This document shows, one piece after another, positions 7,482-16,543 of a stretch of DNA of 64,000 nt (within the stretch, counting starts at the first letter, position 1; every line of letters begins with the position of its first letter). The position numbers were made by a program, and so were the translations under genes. This DNA is from a virus. Below the pieces are notes generated by a model that was not told the DNA's origin, made no database searches, and saw only the letters and a program-made list of their open reading frames with translations. The DNA lies in the IMG/VR virus record IMGVR_UViG_3300032677_000006. One strand, given 5' to 3'.

Positions 7482-8285
7482 ATGATGAACAACACCTCCG
7501 CCACCGGCCAGCTGAACGCCCTCCGGGCGCAGCAGGATAAAATCACCAACCGCCTCAACACCGCGATCCGCGACGCGGGCTTCCAGGTCGAACAGACCGC
7601 CTACACGCTGGAAGTCACCCACGCCGAGCTGCCCAACTGGAAGCAGAAGGTTAGCATTCACGCCTCGCGCGACCGCTACGGCTCGGCTCCCGCCGTGCCC
7701 AAGGGCCTCGAAGTCACCTACGGCGAGCGCTACCAAAACCACACACGGGTCCGGCGCTACACCCAGCTCGATGGCATCGAGACCAAGATCATCGACAACC
7801 TGCTGGTGGACTTGGCGCTCGGCAAAGCCAGCAACGTCGCCCGCACTGAAGCCCAGAAGCGCGATGCCCGTGTCGCCGAGGTCCGCCGCCAGGACCTGAA
7901 GGGCATCGTTGTGCCGCCCGGCATGCAGCTGGCCGGGGTGGAGCAGCCTGACGGTTCCGTCAAGTACGCCGCCAGCTTCAGCACGTACGGCGACACGTTG
8001 AGCAACGTCAAGCTGACCGCCGCCCAGGCCCGCGCCCTGGCCAGCCTGGTGGGCGAGTTCATGCAAGTCGACAACAAGACCGTCATCCTCGGCAAGAGCA
8101 CGGTCACCGAGGACACCGACTTTGTCCGCATGTTCGGGCACCACGGCTGGAACCACGTGCGGTCCGGGCACAGCACCTGGACGCTGGAACAGGCCGAGAA
8201 GATCATGGCCGAGAACCCGGACGTGCGGGGCTTCGTGGGCGAAGTCAAACTGCTCAGCTACGCCGAATTCGCCGCCATCAAATAA
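7482..8285 (+). CDS. Hypothetical protein
   Basis: ATG at 7482 (MMNNTSATG...) right after promoter; strong codon bias. Confidence 0.8.
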   Translation: MMNNTSATGQLNALRAQQDKITNRLNTAIRDAGFQVEQTAYTLEVTHAELPNWKQKVSIHASRDRYGSAPAVPKGLEVTYGERYQNHTRVRRYTQLDGIETKIIDNLLVDLALGKASNVARTEAQKRDARVAEVRRQDLKGIVVPPGMQLAGVEQPDGSVKYAASFSTYGDTLSNVKLTAAQARALASLVGEFMQVDNKTVILGKSTVTEDTDFVRMFGHHGWNHVRSGHSTWTLEQAEKIMAENPDVRGFVGEVKLLSYAEFAAIK

Positions 8286-8301
8286 TGGCCGTACTTAAAG
8301 C

Positions 8302-8445
8302 ATGAGCACGGCTCGCCAGCACCTCACCGTCACCATGACCCCCGACGAGGCCACCGGCTGGGCTTTCCGCCTGTCCAAATCCGCCGACGAGGCGCGCTGC
8401 GAAACCCTGACCGTCCGCAAGCAGTTGGCATCCCGCCCGGTTTGA
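8302..8445 (+). CDS. Small hypothetical protein (47 aa)
   Basis: MSTARQHLTVTMTPDEATGWAF...; GTACTTA motif 4 nt upstream; below the ORF-track cutoff. Confidence 0.5.
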   Translation: MSTARQHLTVTMTPDEATGWAFRLSKSADEARCETLTVRKQLASRPV

Positions 8446-8517
8446 GCGTAGACTGCCTGCGTAGCTAGGTAACCTGCGCGTGCAGGTTCACATAAACATT
8501 ATTACACAAAACAAACT

Positions 8518-9228
8518 ATGAAAAACATGCTAATGCTCAGTCTGGGCGTGGCGCTGCTGATTACGGCAGGCTGCGCGTCGGCTCCCCCTCCCACTCCCGC
8601 CAGCGCCTGGCAGCCCGTGCCGCCCATGCCGCCGATCCCGCCCACGCGCAGCGTGGAGGCGGTCCCGCGCCATTCATTTGCCGCCCAGCGGCTCAGCCCG
8701 CCGTCCATGGCATCGGCCATCCTGTCCTGGAACGCCAGCCCGGACACGGCGGTCGCCACCAACGGTGGCTACAACATCTACATGGGCACCAATTCCGGTG
8801 TCTACACCACTGAATTCAACCTGGGCAACGTCCTGACCTTTACGGTCTCCAATCTGACGCGCGGGGTGACCTACTACTTCGCCGCCACCGCCTGGGTGAC
8901 CAACACCGGCGGGACCAACCTCCTGGAGAGCGCCTACTCGAATGAAGCCAGCTATCAGCCCACCCTCGTGCCTGGGCCTCCCGGCAACCTCAACCTGATC
9001 ATCGTGGCCATGACCGCGCCGAGCGCAGACGGCCCCTGGTACGCGCGCAGCATCATGCCCGCGCCCAACGTCGGCGACACCGGCTATTACCGCCTGGCCG
9101 CCAGCTCCAGCGAAGCCATGACTCTCTGGGCGTCAGCTGTCCAAGGGCCGTGGCAACCCTGCCTGAACGGCCCCTCGTTTGACCAGCCCATGGGCTACAC
9201 CCGCCTTGACCTGCGCCACGCCTACTAA
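8518..9228 (+). CDS. Lipoprotein with fibronectin type III domain
   Basis: Signal peptide with lipobox-like ITAGC, Pro-rich linker, LSWNASPD..GYNIYMGTNSGVYT..VSNLTRGVTYYFAATA. Confidence 0.8.
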   Translation: MKNMLMLSLGVALLITAGCASAPPPTPASAWQPVPPMPPIPPTRSVEAVPRHSFAAQRLSPPSMASAILSWNASPDTAVATNGGYNIYMGTNSGVYTTEFNLGNVLTFTVSNLTRGVTYYFAATAWVTNTGGTNLLESAYSNEASYQPTLVPGPPGNLNLIIVAMTAPSADGPWYARSIMPAPNVGDTGYYRLAASSSEAMTLWASAVQGPWQPCLNGPSFDQPMGYTRLDLRHAY

Positions 9229-9743
9229 GGCTTGACCTGGTATTCCTTGCTGACCCCGATTTTCCGTGGATGGGTAGTCCCCGCCCACGGAAATTTTACG
9301 TAGCGCTGCTGTGTTTTTTCGTCGATCAGCGTCCCCTCCTTGATGTTGGCGTCAATCACCGTCAGCTTGCGCCCCTTCCAGACAATAGTGTCGCCCGGCT
9401 CGAAGGGAGCCTTGACCGGCGAACTCCAGCCACGCCACCGCTTGATGATCCGGTGGATGGACTGCTTGCGCATGCCGAAATTTGCGCCAATCTGGTCGTA
9501 GCGCTGGTGACCTGCCAGCTCCAGGATTTGAAGGTGCCGAACCGTCGGCTCAACCAGCCTGCGTCGGCCTCGCTGCCGCAGGTGCATGCCCGCCTTTTTA
9601 ACCCACACGGTGAGCGTCGCCGGGCAGACGTTGGCCAGCTTCGCGATCTCGTCGGTGGTCATGCTGCCCTCTTGGTAACGCGTTAAGGCCAATTCCACTT
9701 CCTCGGGGGAGGTGGAATCGGCTTTGATGTTTTTCAGTTTCAT
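9225..9743 (-). CDS. Double helix-turn-helix DNA-binding protein
   Basis: MTTDEIAKLANVCPATLTVWV and RYDQIGANFGMRKQSIHRII; C-terminal SH3-like strands. Confidence 0.7.
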   Translation of the reverse strand: MKLKNIKADSTSPEEVELALTRYQEGSMTTDEIAKLANVCPATLTVWVKKAGMHLRQRGRRRLVEPTVRHLQILELAGHQRYDQIGANFGMRKQSIHRIIKRWRGWSSPVKAPFEPGDTIVWKGRKLTVIDANIKEGTLIDEKTQQRYVKFPWAGTTHPRKIGVSKEYQVKP

Positions 9744-9824
9744 AGTCAGTCAATGGTCTTGTAATGGCTGACTAGAGCCGGGCGGCTGGTGGTAGGCCAG
9801 GCCGCCCGGTAAAACGGACGAAAA

Positions 9825-10550
9825 CTATTCTCCTTCTTCGGACTCGACGGGACGGATCGCCTCCAGGGCGATGCTGTTGGGCAGCGCGCCCAGCAGCGCC
9901 AGGTTGGCGTCCACGTCAAAGTCCTTGAACCGGCGCTCGTGGAAGTCTTCCTTGGGCACGAGCTTCTTGGTCAGGGACAAGGGCATGTCCACCTTGTGCT
10001 CCGCGCACACCGTCTTGAGCGCTTCCATGAACGCGTCGTAGCGCGCCTGCTGGAACTTTTTCTTTTTGGTCCGGGGGTCCTTCTCCATGAAGATGGAGGC
10101 GTCAAAAGCCGCCTCCAACTGCCACTCGCAATAGTCGTCCCACTTGGCTGGTAGACCGTCCTTGGTGGTGACCTGAAGGAACGCCGCCTTGACGGCCTCC
10201 GGGTCGTTCTTCAGGTTCTTGCGCGACCAGGTGAACTGGACCCGATCCACGGTTTCCTGATCCTCGGAATCCGCCTTGTCCACCAGGTTGACGGAGCTGA
10301 TCAGCTCGGTGGCCGAGGTCGCCTCGACATTGTGCTCGAAGACGTGGAGCAGCCCGGCCTCTTGCAGCACCGGGGCGCACTCAGCTTTGACGGCTTCGGC
10401 TTTCTTCTGGTCGTCGCACGCCTGGGCGTAGCGACTGACGGCGTTCCCTTTGACGGGAATGGTTTCGATGGTCGACGTTTCCTTTTTGGAGGACTTCGTC
10501 GGAATACTGTCTAGTGTAGTTTTGGCCATAAGCAATGTAACTTTGTTCAT
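9825..10550 (-). CDS. Hypothetical protein
   Basis: Protein-like only from ATG 10550 (or 10529); the upstream ORF extension overlaps the next gene and a promoter. Confidence 0.75.
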   Translation of the reverse strand: MNKVTLLMAKTTLDSIPTKSSKKETSTIETIPVKGNAVSRYAQACDDQKKAEAVKAECAPVLQEAGLLHVFEHNVEATSATELISSVNLVDKADSEDQETVDRVQFTWSRKNLKNDPEAVKAAFLQVTTKDGLPAKWDDYCEWQLEAAFDASIFMEKDPRTKKKKFQQARYDAFMEALKTVCAEHKVDMPLSLTKKLVPKEDFHERRFKDFDVDANLALLGALPNSIALEAIRPVESEEGE

Positions 10551-10554
10551 GACC

Positions 10555-10594
10555 AATCTAGCGTATCGCGCCGCCCAGTCAACACTTAATTTTA
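10555..10594 (-). promoter_or_regulatory. Sigma70-like early promoter (TTGACT-N16-TAGATT)
   Basis: Reverse strand reads TAAAATTAAGTGTTGACT...TAGATTggtcATG. Confidence 0.7.
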
Positions 10595-10612
10595 ATAAAA
10601 TAACGAGACCGT

Positions 10613-13600
10613 CTACGCGGTAATGTTGATATAGGGCACCCCGTAGGTGGCGGAAGCCCCGAACCGGTCCGTGACCGACACCAGCCCCTCGATGGTGTCG
10701 CCCGCCTGGTAATTCGTCGAATTCAGCACCACCTTGGGACCCCAGTACAGCCCGGGCGTGGGCATTCCGGACTCGGTGTTGTCCTGGGTGAACTGCCACA
10801 TGCCGGTCACCACGTCGCCGTTGGGGTCGGTGCCGGAGAAAGTGAAGACGATGTCCTTGGCCGCGCTCCGGCTGACGTCCTGGAAGGACGTGATCGGCAC
10901 CCCCTCCACTGTGGCCGAGATGATGTAGCTGGCCGAGCTGGAATCTGCCTCCAGCAGCACCGGAATGTCCACTTCCGTCACCCGCTTGACGCCCGTATAC
11001 TGGTTGGTGTCCACCACGTAGCACACCGCCGTGCAGAGCTTCACCGTGCCGTTAGTAACGGTCTCGTTGTCGATGGGCCGGTAGAGGGTGTTCTGGTACT
11101 CGCCGTCCGCCAGCACGGTCGTGTCACTGTTCGTCGGGTTGACCGGCTGGCCGGGGTCGTTCCAGCCGTTGGTCCCGTAGAACGCCCAGCCGAAGGTGCA
11201 GACACCCTCCACGTCGTCGGCGTAGACGGTGAACTCCACCGTCTGGCCGCTGCCGATGCGCTGCGTGGGCAGCGAGCTGGCGTCCGCCGTCGGACCGCTG
11301 CTGCTGCTCCCGATGGCCACCGGGTTGGCGGGCACAAAACCGCGCAGGTCAAAATTGACGTAGAGCAGGCCGCCGTCCTTGTCCGTCACCTGGCAGGTGA
11401 TCACCCGGTCACTGGCCACGGTGGTGGTGAACGTGTTCGTGTAGGCCGTGAGCACGATGTTCTGCGTGTAGCCGTTAACGGTCCAAGGCACGGTAATCGT
11501 AGACGGTCCGGACCAGGTGCCTAAACCCAGGGAAGTGGCCCCGTCGTACCATACCACGTTTCCGGAAGTACTCAGATCGTTGCTGTCCGGATCACAGACC
11601 GTGACCGACGCCGTCGTCTGATAGCTGAAATACTGGTCGTTGGCCGTCAGCGCCGCGCCCAGGTGGCTGCTGTTCGTGGTGATGGCTATCGGCCCGTTGT
11701 TTACCGCCAGGGTGCCGCGCAAAACCGTGGTGCTGCCGTCCACCGCCGTGGGATAGCAGGCCATCTGCAACCCCTGCGGACCGTACGGTCCCGGATTGCT
11801 GCCTTGGTTCAGTATCTTAGTAGCCGACGGCCCGGGCGTCGCGGTGCCAGTGCCGTCCCACCACTTCCAAACATAGGCAGCCACTCCGCTGGTGTCGCCG
11901 GTGGTCTGCGCCGTGAACGTCACCTCGTAGCCGGTCTGGTACTGGAAACCGAGGCCGTAGTCGGGCGTGAGAACCAGCCCGGTATAGGTGGGCAGTGTCC
12001 AGACAGTGCCGTCCACCAGTGTCGGAATCGTGCCGGTGCTGAAAATGTCCTCCATCCGGTCGTTGGTCAAACCCGTGAGCAGTGCGGACACCGGTGACGG
12101 GCTGGCCACGGTGTCGTTAGCCGGATAGTACGTGGACTCCTGCTGCGAGCTGGCCACCGTGCCGTAACTGTTCATCGCCGCCAGCCAGCCGCCCGGCGTG
12201 GTGCCGGTGTTAGTGGCGTCCAGGGCGAGCAGGATCGGCGTGCAGGGATTGGGGACGCAGAACTGCACCTCCCACGGCTCAGTGTGCATCCGCCGCAATG
12301 CGTAGCTGTAGATGATCAGCTGGCGCGAGGTGCCCCGGCTGGTGTCGCTCAGCGCATTGGTCAGCTCCACGCTGAACAGGTACGCGCCCGAGATGGTGGT
12401 AGGCACGTTGATCGTGAACACATCCGTACCTTGAATGTTGTAGCCGCTGCGCCCCTCCAGCAGCTTGTACGCGTAGACATTTGAACCCAGCGTCAGGTTG
12501 ACGACAAAGCCGTCGAAGTCCTGGTCCAGCAGCCCGACGCAGCCGCTCGTGATGGTCAGCTTGTACTGGCCTGCCGGGAGGCTGGTGCTGTTGCTGAACT
12601 CCAGGACGCCGTTCTCGCCGATGACCGGCTGCTTTAGGTTTCCGTCGAGGCCGACGATGCTGGGCATGTCTGTCGGGTCCACGCCGTTGTCCCCGGGCGT
12701 CAGCGAGTCCAGGTCCGTCCAGGCCGTGGCCGCCGGGTTGACGCTGGCGATGGCGCGACTCTCCAGGTACATGTAGATCGGCGTCAAGCCGGAATGGCCG
12801 TCGTAAGCGTGCGCACCGGTCAAAACGCTCAGCCGCAGCGGCAGCACGAACGCCCCGGCACGTTCATCGGTGGGCGCATAATTTAACGTGGGTGTGGACG
12901 CGGCGTGGGTCGCGTCCAGCCAGCCCACGTACAGCGGCTTGGTCGCCTGGTCGAGATCGCAAAACCAAATCTTGTCCCGAAACACGTTGGTCTGGGCCAT
13001 CAGCTCCGGCGCGGTCGAGCCGGTGATTGCCGACCAGAAGGTGTTGGTGCCGGGCAGGTACCCGTACTGGTTGCTGTACGCGTGCGTGCCGTAGGCCGTC
13101 ATCTCCAGCGTCTGCTGGCCCAGCGTGTACTGCGCGGGCGGCAGCCTGCCGCCGCCAAGGCCGGTCTCCTGGTAGCGGTCCTCGCCGGTGTAGACGCCCA
13201 TGCTGTCATAGCGCCGGACCAGGCCGAGATTCTCCGATTGATAGGACGCGGGCAGGTTGTCCAGCACCACCCAGCCGGAACCAAGCACGCGCAGCCCGTA
13301 GCGGTCCTGCCGGTCCAAGGTCAGCACCCGGCCCAGCGGGTACGGGCACAGGGTGGGCGTTGGCTGGTAGTTGAGCACCATGGCCAGGTCCGCCGCGCTC
13401 TTTTCGAGATTCCACAAGCGCAAGTCATGCAGCTTCAGGCTCGCCCCGGAGGCGGAGACCAGCAGGGATTGGTCCGTGTCGTCGGGACTGGTCAAAGGGA
13501 AGGAACCGGTCAGCGCCGTGGGCGAGACCAAGCCGCCAGAGACGGTCCCGTAGCCCAGGGTCGCCGTCTCGGCGTCCTTGGTCAGGTAGACAAAATACCA

Positions 13601-16516
13601 GTCTCCGTACGCAAACGCCGTGGTGGACCCGACCGAGACGTAGGTGCCGTCAAACCGGCGCACGTAGCCGATGACCGCGCGACCCGGCGTAAGCGTCAGC
13701 TTCAGCGGGCCGCAGCGCACGAAAACCTGCTCCGTCAGCGGAGCCACGGTCAGGTTAACCCAGAACGCAACGCTGGCTTCCTCCGCAATCTCCCGGAACT
13801 TGGTCTGTTGCAGCCAGGCGCTGGAGAGGGTCAGCACCCAGCCGAAATATGGATCGAACACGCGGTCGCTGGCCGTCAGCCCGACCCAGGTGCTGACATC
13901 CGCCTTGTAGCTGTGGTCCGCCATCAGCAGCTGGTCCTCGGGATGCTCGTCCAAGGGCAACCAGCACACCAGCCCGTCCCGGTGGTGGGAACCGTAGAAA
14001 GCGGGCAGGTCTGCCACCAGCACGCCCTGGCAAAGCCCGACGTGATAGAGGCTGTAGGTCCCGTTGAAAATGGTGTCGTAAACCGTGCGCGTGCAGCCGG
14101 GCGTGCTGCCCAGGCCGGGGTCCACCGGCTTGGGATCGCTGGTATCGTAAACCGTATACGCGGACAGGTCCCGAAACACACCCTGGTAGCCGATGGCCAG
14201 CTGGCCCGGCTGATAGGTCGAGTCCATGGGCCGGGTGTCATAGGTGTATCGGAAGGGCAGCGCCTGGCTGGTCACGCCGTAGACATTAAGCTCCGCCCCG
14301 CTCTGATCCCGGAACACGGTGTCCGTGCTGAGTATGTCGATGCCGACCTCCGTGCCCGCCAGATAGATGTCCAGGTCCGCCAGTTCGCCGCCCACCACCA
14401 GGGAGCGCCGCCAGGCAAAATCGTCGACCGCATACTTGAACGCATCCAGCGTGCCGTTGAGCGGATCATCCTCTTCATCCTCCGCGCGCAGCTGATAGGC
14501 CACTGTACCGGACTCCTTGTCGGCCAGGGACGGCTCGTTCCGGATGACTTCCGTGCTAAACGGCACCCAGTACACCACCACCTGGGCACCCGGCCAGTCG
14601 CTGGAGTTGACCCAGTGGTAGACGCCGGTGGCGGCGTTGAAGGTACCGGCGCTGATGTTGTCCGCGCCCTGGTAATAGCCCAGCTGCGGGTTGTTCGGGG
14701 ACGACTCAGCGGTAAAACTGAGCTGACCGCTGATCGGCACGATGTCCCAGTTTTGAATCCAGGTGAACGGCGAGGTGAACACCTCGATGCCGCCCGAGTT
14801 AATCCAGTCGCCCGCGAACGTCAACGAACACTTGGTCTGCGTGGCCAGCAGGCCACCGGCATATATCTGCGTCCAGTTGGTGGCCCGCGTGCCCAGCCAC
14901 CAAAAATCATAGCGGACGCCGATCACCCCGGTCCAGGTCATGTACACGTACGGAATGGGCGAGACGGACGCCAGCGCCACGCAGTCCGGCAGCACCGAGA
15001 TGGTGCCGTCGTAGACGGTCGTGCCCGCCGAGGCGGTGAACAGCAGGCTCTCTGTCCCGTACGCCGCGTAGGGCGCTTTGTCGTCGTTGAGGAAGCCCAC
15101 CTGGCTGCGCCGGGGCGACCGCGTGGCCGCCCGGGTCTCCTCCATGGCTTGCACCACTTGCACGCCCGCCGCCACCATGTAGCTCGTATTCAGCTGCCGC
15201 GTCAGCGCCGGGTTGGCTTCAGCGGGGTGGGTCACGGACGTGCCGTAGTCGGCCACGCTCAGCCAGTCAACCGACAGCGGGCTGTTGGCGTACGTGCCGC
15301 CGGTATAGGGCATGTACGGCGACACCGCCGTTCCGTAGACAGTCACCGGGTTGGCCGCCAGGTTGGCGTTGGTCGTCGTCGCCCGGCTGCCGAATAGCTC
15401 CTCGGCGTGGTCCATGTCCATGGTCAAGCCCAGGTCGAAGTAGCTGGACCGGTACTTGATCGCCGAGAGATTGTCCTCGATGCTGACCACGCACAGGCTG
15501 CCGGTCGTGGCGAAGTTCAGCACCACTCCGTTGAAGCTGTCCCCCTCGGCAATCGCCTGGAAGATCACGCCGCTGTTGGGATCGGTCGCCGACGCCCGCA
15601 GCTCCGGCAGGCCGCCCGCCAGGACCAGGCTGCCGCTGTAGGTGGTGGCCGGATCAGTGCCTGCGAATGGGTGCGTGATGGTGCCGTTGGCCACCGGCCC
15701 GACGATGCTGGTCTGCACCCATGGGTTCATGCCGTCGATGCTCTCCGGATAAAAGCCCGTGCTGCTCGTGCCGTTGCTGGCCGTGCCGCTCCAGCTGAAG
15801 AAGGCTCCGTCGCGGTAGGCGAACGGGTCATAAAACACCGAGATCGTCTGCGCCGGAAAGTACTCCGTCTGCGCGGAAAAATCCGCGTCGTTGGCCGGAT
15901 CACCCACGTCGTTGGGATTGCGCGGCGACAGGCGCGTCCAAAGCGGCGTGTACCGGACGTCGTCAAAACCCAGAATCCGGCCCAGCACCTCGAAGCTCTG
16001 TGCCGAGCCTTTGATCTTCAGCCGGGGAAACCAGGTGTTGACCAGCTGGATGTGCGCCTGCGACTGCCCGGCGGCGGTCAGGGCCTGGCTCTGGTGGAGC
16101 ACCGCGCCCAGCGTGGCCGCCAGGTAGGACAGGATGTTCGCGTCCACCTGGCGCAGCAGGTCCACGCCGTAGCGCACGTTGGCAATGCTGGACAGGGTGA
16201 GGCCCAGCTGGGACGCCGCCCAGGTTGAGAGGTACGGGCTGCCGTCCGGCGGGGTGGATGGATCAATGTCCAGGCTGCGGGTGTAGACCGTGCCCCATTG
16301 CCCGGTGATGTCCACCAGGACGGCGTTGTTGCCTGTTTCCGGCAACGTCCCGGGCGTCCAGAAATCGCCCATCTTCTTGGTATACGACCGCAGGTCGCTC
16401 AACCGGTCCTGAAACCCGCCAATCACCGCGCTGACGAGACCATTCTCGTCGCCGGTGACGACGGCGTTAGGCAGCTTGTTGTAAAGCAGACCTTCGATTA
16501 AATTGCCAATGCTCAC
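10613..16516 (-). CDS. Large baseplate wedge/tail protein: P2 gpI-like N-terminus, LamG/ConA-like domain, C-terminal PKD/Ig-like repeats
   Basis: LSYLAATLG..RLKIKGSAQSFEVLGRILGF (tail-I-like); GLVCWLPLDE..SVAFWV..WYFVYLT..DLRLWN (LamG); AYVWKWWDG; 1967 aa, S/T/G/Y-rich. Confidence 0.75.
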   Translation of the reverse strand: MSIGNLIEGLLYNKLPNAVVTGDENGLVSAVIGGFQDRLSDLRSYTKKMGDFWTPGTLPETGNNAVLVDITGQWGTVYTRSLDIDPSTPPDGSPYLSTWAASQLGLTLSSIANVRYGVDLLRQVDANILSYLAATLGAVLHQSQALTAAGQSQAHIQLVNTWFPRLKIKGSAQSFEVLGRILGFDDVRYTPLWTRLSPRNPNDVGDPANDADFSAQTEYFPAQTISVFYDPFAYRDGAFFSWSGTASNGTSSTGFYPESIDGMNPWVQTSIVGPVANGTITHPFAGTDPATTYSGSLVLAGGLPELRASATDPNSGVIFQAIAEGDSFNGVVLNFATTGSLCVVSIEDNLSAIKYRSSYFDLGLTMDMDHAEELFGSRATTTNANLAANPVTVYGTAVSPYMPYTGGTYANSPLSVDWLSVADYGTSVTHPAEANPALTRQLNTSYMVAAGVQVVQAMEETRAATRSPRRSQVGFLNDDKAPYAAYGTESLLFTASAGTTVYDGTISVLPDCVALASVSPIPYVYMTWTGVIGVRYDFWWLGTRATNWTQIYAGGLLATQTKCSLTFAGDWINSGGIEVFTSPFTWIQNWDIVPISGQLSFTAESSPNNPQLGYYQGADNISAGTFNAATGVYHWVNSSDWPGAQVVVYWVPFSTEVIRNEPSLADKESGTVAYQLRAEDEEDDPLNGTLDAFKYAVDDFAWRRSLVVGGELADLDIYLAGTEVGIDILSTDTVFRDQSGAELNVYGVTSQALPFRYTYDTRPMDSTYQPGQLAIGYQGVFRDLSAYTVYDTSDPKPVDPGLGSTPGCTRTVYDTIFNGTYSLYHVGLCQGVLVADLPAFYGSHHRDGLVCWLPLDEHPEDQLLMADHSYKADVSTWVGLTASDRVFDPYFGWVLTLSSAWLQQTKFREIAEEASVAFWVNLTVAPLTEQVFVRCGPLKLTLTPGRAVIGYVRRFDGTYVSVGSTTAFAYGDWYFVYLTKDAETATLGYGTVSGGLVSPTALTGSFPLTSPDDTDQSLLVSASGASLKLHDLRLWNLEKSAADLAMVLNYQPTPTLCPYPLGRVLTLDRQDRYGLRVLGSGWVVLDNLPASYQSENLGLVRRYDSMGVYTGEDRYQETGLGGGRLPPAQYTLGQQTLEMTAYGTHAYSNQYGYLPGTNTFWSAITGSTAPELMAQTNVFRDKIWFCDLDQATKPLYVGWLDATHAASTPTLNYAPTDERAGAFVLPLRLSVLTGAHAYDGHSGLTPIYMYLESRAIASVNPAATAWTDLDSLTPGDNGVDPTDMPSIVGLDGNLKQPVIGENGVLEFSNSTSLPAGQYKLTITSGCVGLLDQDFDGFVVNLTLGSNVYAYKLLEGRSGYNIQGTDVFTINVPTTISGAYLFSVELTNALSDTSRGTSRQLIIYSYALRRMHTEPWEVQFCVPNPCTPILLALDATNTGTTPGGWLAAMNSYGTVASSQQESTYYPANDTVASPSPVSALLTGLTNDRMEDIFSTGTIPTLVDGTVWTLPTYTGLVLTPDYGLGFQYQTGYEVTFTAQTTGDTSGVAAYVWKWWDGTGTATPGPSATKILNQGSNPGPYGPQGLQMACYPTAVDGSTTVLRGTLAVNNGPIAITTNSSHLGAALTANDQYFSYQTTASVTVCDPDSNDLSTSGNVVWYDGATSLGLGTWSGPSTITVPWTVNGYTQNIVLTAYTNTFTTTVASDRVITCQVTDKDGGLLYVNFDLRGFVPANPVAIGSSSSGPTADASSLPTQRIGSGQTVEFTVYADDVEGVCTFGWAFYGTNGWNDPGQPVNPTNSDTTVLADGEYQNTLYRPIDNETVTNGTVKLCTAVCYVVDTNQYTGVKRVTEVDIPVLLEADSSSASYIISATVEGVPITSFQDVSRSAAKDIVFTFSGTDPNGDVVTGMWQFTQDNTESGMPTPGLYWGPKVVLNSTNYQAGDTIEGLVSVTDRFGASATYGVPYINITA

Positions 16517-16543
16517 GACGTAACTATCCGCTTCGATCCTTTT

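Noticed and set aside
12905-15397. Long antisense ORFs (also 1721-2962, 22899-24641, 38276-40465, 58060-60318 and others)
   Set aside because: Shadow frames of GC3-biased genes on the opposite strand; Arg/Gly/His-rich with no motifs
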